In this document: positions 59,173 through 64,000 of the stretch, one piece after another
Numbering within the stretch: position 1 is the stretch's first letter
Layout of the letters: every line of letters starts with the position of its first letter
From: Nitrosopumilus sp.
Lineage (GTDB): Archaea > Thermoproteota > Nitrososphaeria > Nitrososphaerales > Nitrosopumilaceae
DNA: 64,000 nt
NCBI GenBank assembly: GCA_965207075.1
Contig: CBDBLO010000002.1
Coordinates: 1,536,001 to 1,600,000, forward strand
Direction: 5' to 3'
The notes under the pieces: model-generated
The model's database searches: none
What the model saw: only the letters and a program-made list of their open reading frames with translations
Told to the model about the DNA's origin: nothing
Program-made: the position numbers and the translations under genes

Positions 59173-62100
59173 TTACCGATTGCCGCTGCCGTCAGAATAC
59201 GACGGCAGATGATCCCTTGTCGTCTTGTTTGTGCGCAGCCACTCCAAAGTCTTTACAAAAGAGTCTGCAAGCTCGACTGTAGTCAGGACCGGGACCCCGA
59301 GCTCGAGCGCCTTGCGGCGGATCTGGTACTCGTCCTCCAGCATCCCGACGTATTTTTCCAAGGTCGAGGTGCTCGGTATGTTGAGTATAAAGTCAATCTT
59401 GCGCTCGTACAGCAGGTCCGCGATGTTCGGCTTGCGGTCCGGCTCGGATATCTTGTGGACCGTGCGGACCGGCCCCACCACCTCGGAGATGAACTCTGCG
59501 GTGTGCTCCGTTGCCATGATCTCAAACCCGAGATCCTTTAGCTTTGCGATTGCCGGAATCAGCTTTTCCTTGTTCCTGGCCCCGCCCACCGTCACCAGCG
59601 CGGCCCCGGAATCGGGCAGGTTGTACCCCACGGAGGTGAGCCCCTTTGAGAGGGCGTCGTAAAAGCTGTTCCCAAAGCAGGCGGCCTCGCCTGTCGACTG
59701 CATCTCGACTCCCAGCGCGATATCGGCCCCGTCAAGCTGCATAAAGGAGAACTGCGGCACTTTTATCCCGTACGTGGCGGTGCGGCGCCACTTCTCCTCG
59801 GGTATGGGGCTCAGGGGCTTGCCGAGAATCGCCCGGGCCGCAAGCGCGATGAGGTTTGAGCGCACGAACTTTGAGACAAACGGCATGGACCGTGAGGCCC
59901 TTATGTTCAGCTCTATCACGTACACCTGCCCGTCGCTCACCAGAAACTGCAGGTTGAACGGGCCCCTCACGCCAAAGGTCAGGGCAATCTTCTTGGTGTA
60001 CTCGGTGATGGTATCTATGGTGTTGTTGCTCAGGCGCCAAGGCGGGATGCACATCATGGCGTCCCCCGAGTGCACTCCGGCGCTGTCTATATGCTCCACG
60101 ATCGCCCCTATCACCACGTCCTTGCCGTCGGCCACGCCGTCCACGTCGACCTCCAGCGAGTTGAGCATGAACTTTGATATCACGACCGGGTGGTCGGGCG
60201 AGACGTCGGCAGCCTCCCTGACATACGTGCTGAGCTCGTCCCGGGACCACACCACCTTCATTGCGGCGCCGGACAGCACGTACGAGGGCCTCACTATAAC
60301 CGGGTAGCCGACTGAGGCCGCAAAGGCGCGCGCGTCTGCCATGCTGGCAAACGCCTGCCATTCCGGCTGCCGTATGCGCAGCTTGTCAAGCTCGGCGCTG
60401 AACTTTGAGCGGTCCTCGGCCCTGTCGACGTCGGAGGCGGCAGTTCCCATGATGTGGACGCCGCGGCGCGCCGCGCCCAGCGTAAGGTTGTTTGCAGTCT
60501 GCCCCCCAACGCACGTTATGACCCCCTTTGGCCTCTCAAAGTCTGATATGTCAAGCAGCCTCTCCTGTGTTAGTTCCTCAAAGTAGAGGCGAGAGCAGAT
60601 GTCATAGTCGGTAGAGACCGTCTCGGGGTTGCAGTTAACTACGACTACGTTCTTCTCGCCGTTCTCCTGCAGTCCCCACACCATGTTTACGGTCCCCCAG
60701 TCAAACTCCACGCTGCTTCCTATGCGGTAGGGCCCCGCCCCCACCACCACGATTCCGCGGTCGTCGGGGCCGGACAGGTGTACATCGTCGTGGCCGCCCC
60801 CGTACGTCACGTACAGGTAGTTTGTCACGGCGGGCCATTCGGCCGCTAGCGTGTCTATCTGCTTTACAGACGGAGTGACGCCCATCGACTTGCGCCATTC
60901 TCGGACGGCGTCAGGGGACGTCTGGCGCGCACGCGCTATCTGCGCGTCGGAGAATCCCGCCTTTTTTGCCTCCCACATGAGGCGTGCGGGCACCTCGCTG
61001 CTGCTACTGCCGCCGCTGTTGTCGCCGCCGCTGCCTGCTCCGGTTCTGCCGCCTTTGCCGTCGTTTGAGGCGAGCCTGTCGGCAACCTGCACCACGTGCC
61101 GTATCTTTTCTATGAACCACGGGTCGATCGCAGACAGCTTGTATATCCGCTCGGTGCTTATCCCCATTTTGATTGCGGTCGCCACGTTGTACAGTATGCG
61201 GTCGTCATGGTGCGAGAGGCGCTCCTCTATCTCCTCGACGTCCGGGGCGCGGCCGTCGCCACCCTCATTGTGGCCATATATTGTATAGTCCGCGCGGTTC
61301 AGCATCAGTCCGTCGTTCCCAATGTCAAGCATGCGTATCGCCTTTTGCAGCGACTCCTCAAACGTGCGGCCCACCGCCATCACCTCGCCGACAGACTTCA
61401 TGGTGGGGCCGAGGCGCCTGTTGGCCATCTCAAACTTTGCAAAGTCCCACCGGGGATGCTTGCAGACCACGTAGTCAAGGGACGGCTCAAAGCAGGCCGT
61501 GGTGCTTTTCGTAATGCGGTTGACAAGCTCGGACAGCTTGTACCCGAGCCCTATCTTGGCAGACATGTACGCAAGCGGGTATCCGGTCGCCTTGCTTGCA
61601 AGCGCCGAGGATCTCGAGAGCCGCGGGTTTATCTCAATTGCCACGTACCGGTCAGAGTCCGGCGCCAGCGCGTACTGTATGTTGCACTCGCCCACAATCC
61701 CCACGTACGAGGTGGCCCGCAGGGCGGCCGAGCGCAGCATGTGGTACTCGGCGTTGTCTATGGTCTGGGACGGCGCCACCACGATGTTGTCGCCCGTATG
61801 CGCCTTCATGGACAGGACGTTCTCCATGTTGCACACGATTACGCTGTTCCCCGAATAGTCCTGCATGACCTCGTACTCGATCTGCTTCCACTCGCCCACG
61901 TACTCCTCTATCAGCACCTGCCCCACCAGGCTCGCCTTTATGCCGCGCTCCACAATCTCGTGCAGCTCGATCTCGTTGTACGCGACGCCCCCGCCGCGCC
62001 CGCCAAGCGTGTACGCCACCCTGATTATCACCGGGTACGAGAGCTCCTCTGCCACGGCCTTTGCGTCTGCAAAGTTTGTCACGGTCTTGCTCCTCAGCAC

Positions 62101-62547
62101 GGGCACCCCCGCCCCGCCCATGGCGTCCTTGAAGAGCTGCCTGTCCTCGGTATTCTTGATGCCCGATACCGGAGTGCCGAGCACGCGTACGCCGTATTTG
62201 GCAAGCACGCCGGACTCGTCAAGCTTGACGCCGCAGTTGAGCGCGGTCTGCCCCCCGTACGCGAGCATTATCCCGTCAGGCCGCTCGGCCTCTATTATGG
62301 AGGATACGTAGTCTGGCGTGACGGGCAGCAGGTATACCTTGTCTGCGAACCGCGTGTCAGTCTGGATCGTCGCAATGTTCGGGTTTATCAGCACGCTGTC
62401 CAGTCCGTCCTCGTGTATGGCCTTGAGGCACTGGCTGCCGGAGTAGTCGAAATGGCGGCCGTTTCAGCGGCTTTCGCCGGCCTCTCCGATCTTGATGGCC
62501 CCGCTTCCAAGCACGAGTATCTTCTTGAGCGTCTCATTCTTTGGCAG
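59173..62547 (-). CDS. carB: Carbamoyl-phosphate synthase large subunit; join(62473..62547, 59173..62451), CTG start, 1117 aa if spliced
   Basis: Exon 1 (M)PKNETLKKILVLGSGAIKIGEAGE; exon 2 FDYSGSQC...; two ATP-grasp domains and an MGS-like tail; GGAGGTGA SD upstream of the CTG. Confidence 0.93.
62452..62472 (-). other. Candidate 21-nt bulge-helix-bulge(loop) mRNA intron in carB
   Basis: AGCCGCTGAAACGGCCGCCAT contains an in-frame TGA; folds GGCG-AA^A-GCCG-(CTGAAA)-CGGC-CGCC-AT^T; removal restores GGC GAA TTC GAC TAC. Confidence 0.85.
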
Positions 62548-63910
62548 TTGCTGTTATCACCTCCTCTGCATCCTGCAAGCGTGATGTTTTTTGGGTGTTG
62601 CTGTCGCTGCTGTCGTGGCTGCCGCTGCTACCGCCGTTATCGTTACCGTTGTCGCTACCATTGCTGCCATCCTGCGCGCGCCCGCCGGCCGCCTCGCCCG
62701 GCCCCCCCTCTATGAGGTCCCTCAAATTCTCAAACACGAACCGGCAGTCGTAGGGACCCGGCGACGCCTCCGGGTGGAACTGCACTGCGATGCACCGGCT
62801 CGACTTGTGTTTAATGCCCTCCACCGTGTCGTCGTCGGCGTTTGAGAACCACAGGTCAAACTCAGAGTCCCGCAGCGAGTCGGGGGATATTCCGTACCCG
62901 TGGTTCTGGCTCGTCACGTACGTCTGCCCGGTCTCAAGGTTGGTGCAGGGTTTGTTCTGGCCCCTGTGTCCGTACTTTAGCTTGTACGTGCGGGCGCTTC
63001 CCGCAAGGCCCAGTATCTGCGCGCCCAGGCATATGCCCAGGGTCGGGACGTCGTCTTTTATCAGGCGCGCGGCAGTCTGTACGGTCTCCTTGCATTTCTC
63101 CGGATCTCCGGGCCCGCTGCTGATGACGACGCCGGCCGGGTCGTACGACATCACGTCCTCGTACGGGGTGTTCCACGGCACCAGTATGGCGCCGTATCCA
63201 AGAGAGCGTACGTTGCGCAGTATCGCATGCTTTGCGCCCGTGTCGATCACTACGATCGGCCTCTTTTTTTCCCCGCCTCCGTCGCCGTTGCCTCCCCCGG
63301 CCGCGCGCTGCGCACCGCACCCGTACGAGCGCGGGGACTTGGTCGACACTGCATCCATGAACTGCTCTGACGTATACCTGGGCGACTCTGCAAGTCTGGC
63401 CCTTATCAGGTCCGCGTCAATCTCAGAATCAGACACTGCAAGGGCCGCCATCATCACGCCGCCCGTCCGGAGCCCCTTTGTAAGGGCCCTCGTGTCCAGA
63501 CCGGATATTCCCGGGATGCCCTGTCCGTGCATCCATTCGTCAAGAGTCATGTGCATGTTCCAATGGCTCGCGACAAGGGAGAGCTCGTGCACTACGAGCC
63601 CGCGGGCCTGTATGCGGTCCGACTCGAAGAATCTCGGTATGCCGTCCGCGTCGAGTGCGGACGGGTCAGGCACCCCGTAGTTCCCCACAAGCGGATAGGT
63701 CAGCGTGAGTATCTGCCCGTTGTACGACGGGTCGGTCAGGGCCTCCGTATACCCGACCATTCCAGTATTGAACACGATCTCCCCAAATACGGTGGTAGAA
63801 CTCCCAAAGCCATCTCCCTCAAGGACGGTTCCGTCATCAAGGATCAGCTTTGCGTGCTTTCCTGCGTGACTAGATTCCTTTATGGTTATTTTTAACCCTC
63901 GTGGAGTCAA
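62534..63910 (-). CDS. carA: Carbamoyl-phosphate synthase small subunit with a low-complexity tail
   Basis: GEIVFNTGMVGY.E.LTDPSY, SSGPGDP, GICLG, HRGQN, QNHGY, QFHPEA; start uncertain. Confidence 0.95.
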   Translation of the reverse strand: MTPRGLKITIKESSHAGKHAKLILDDGTVLEGDGFGSSTTVFGEIVFNTGMVGYTEALTDPSYNGQILTLTYPLVGNYGVPDPSALDADGIPRFFESDRIQARGLVVHELSLVASHWNMHMTLDEWMHGQGIPGISGLDTRALTKGLRTGGVMMAALAVSDSEIDADLIRARLAESPRYTSEQFMDAVSTKSPRSYGCGAQRAAGGGNGDGGGEKKRPIVVIDTGAKHAILRNVRSLGYGAILVPWNTPYEDVMSYDPAGVVISSGPGDPEKCKETVQTAARLIKDDVPTLGICLGAQILGLAGSARTYKLKYGHRGQNKPCTNLETGQTYVTSQNHGYGISPDSLRDSEFDLWFSNADDDTVEGIKHKSSRCIAVQFHPEASPGPYDCRFVFENLRDLIEGGPGEAAGGRAQDGSNGSDNGNDNGGSSGSHDSSDSNTQKTSRLQDAEEVITATAKE

Positions 63911-63915
63911 GGCGG

Positions 63916-63930
63916 TTTAAATTTAAATTT
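63916..63930. promoter_or_regulatory. Palindromic AT-rich TATA-like element upstream of carA
   Basis: TTTAAATTTAAATTT in a GC-rich background. Confidence 0.55.
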
Positions 63931-64000
63931 TATGAAACGGATCGCAGTCGCCCTGCGCCAGGGGACGGGCAGCATGCCGCCTGCAGCGTGGCGGATTGGG

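Noticed and set aside
62464-62466. In-frame TGA in carB read as selenocysteine/readthrough, or carB as a pseudogene
   Set aside because: Readthrough would leave a 7-aa insert in a highly conserved motif. The rest of the gene is intact and the insert ends match endonuclease cut positions exactly, so an intron fits better.
61096-62715. Long antisense ORFs (also 10665-11765, 47359-48567, 48923-50344, 53244-54323)
   Set aside because: Shadow ORFs opposite better-supported genes, with no recognisable motifs; expected at high GC.

Overview
GC-rich archaeal chromosomal window. Gene content points to an ammonia-oxidising archaeon (Nitrososphaerota/Thaumarchaeota, Nitrosopumilaceae-like; the high GC and large secreted repeat proteins suggest a host-associated lineage, which is inference). 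Most of it is housekeeping: parvulin, Hef-type helicase, dCMP deaminase, PolB, TPI, PPDK, methylmalonyl-CoA epimerase/mutase/MeaB, ThyX, MsrB, Hom, proteasome beta, TrmI, PINA, TldD, UDG, MPG, AspRS, ilvBN-leuA-leuB, LsrF-like aldolase, A/V-ATPase F and carAB. The strongest finding is in carB: a 21-nt insert with an in-frame UGA interrupts the conserved GEAGE/FDYSG motif. It folds into a bulge-helix-bulge-type substrate whose canonical cut sites restore the codons exactly, so it is a candidate tRNA-endonuclease-spliced mRNA intron. Other leads: two different IS5-family elements stacked at the same 8-bp target (three CAATCATT copies) upstream of ilvB, a candidate Ile-Leu-Val-Thr leader ORF before ilvB, an unannotated ~240-nt structured RNA candidate, a secreted protein of 10 tandem Cache-like domains, a C-terminal VCR motif shared by two secreted proteins, a Zn-ribbon/LsrF fusion, non-canonical start codons, and pervasive microsatellite-derived insertions in core proteins. 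All calls come from reading motifs by eye; no searches were run.
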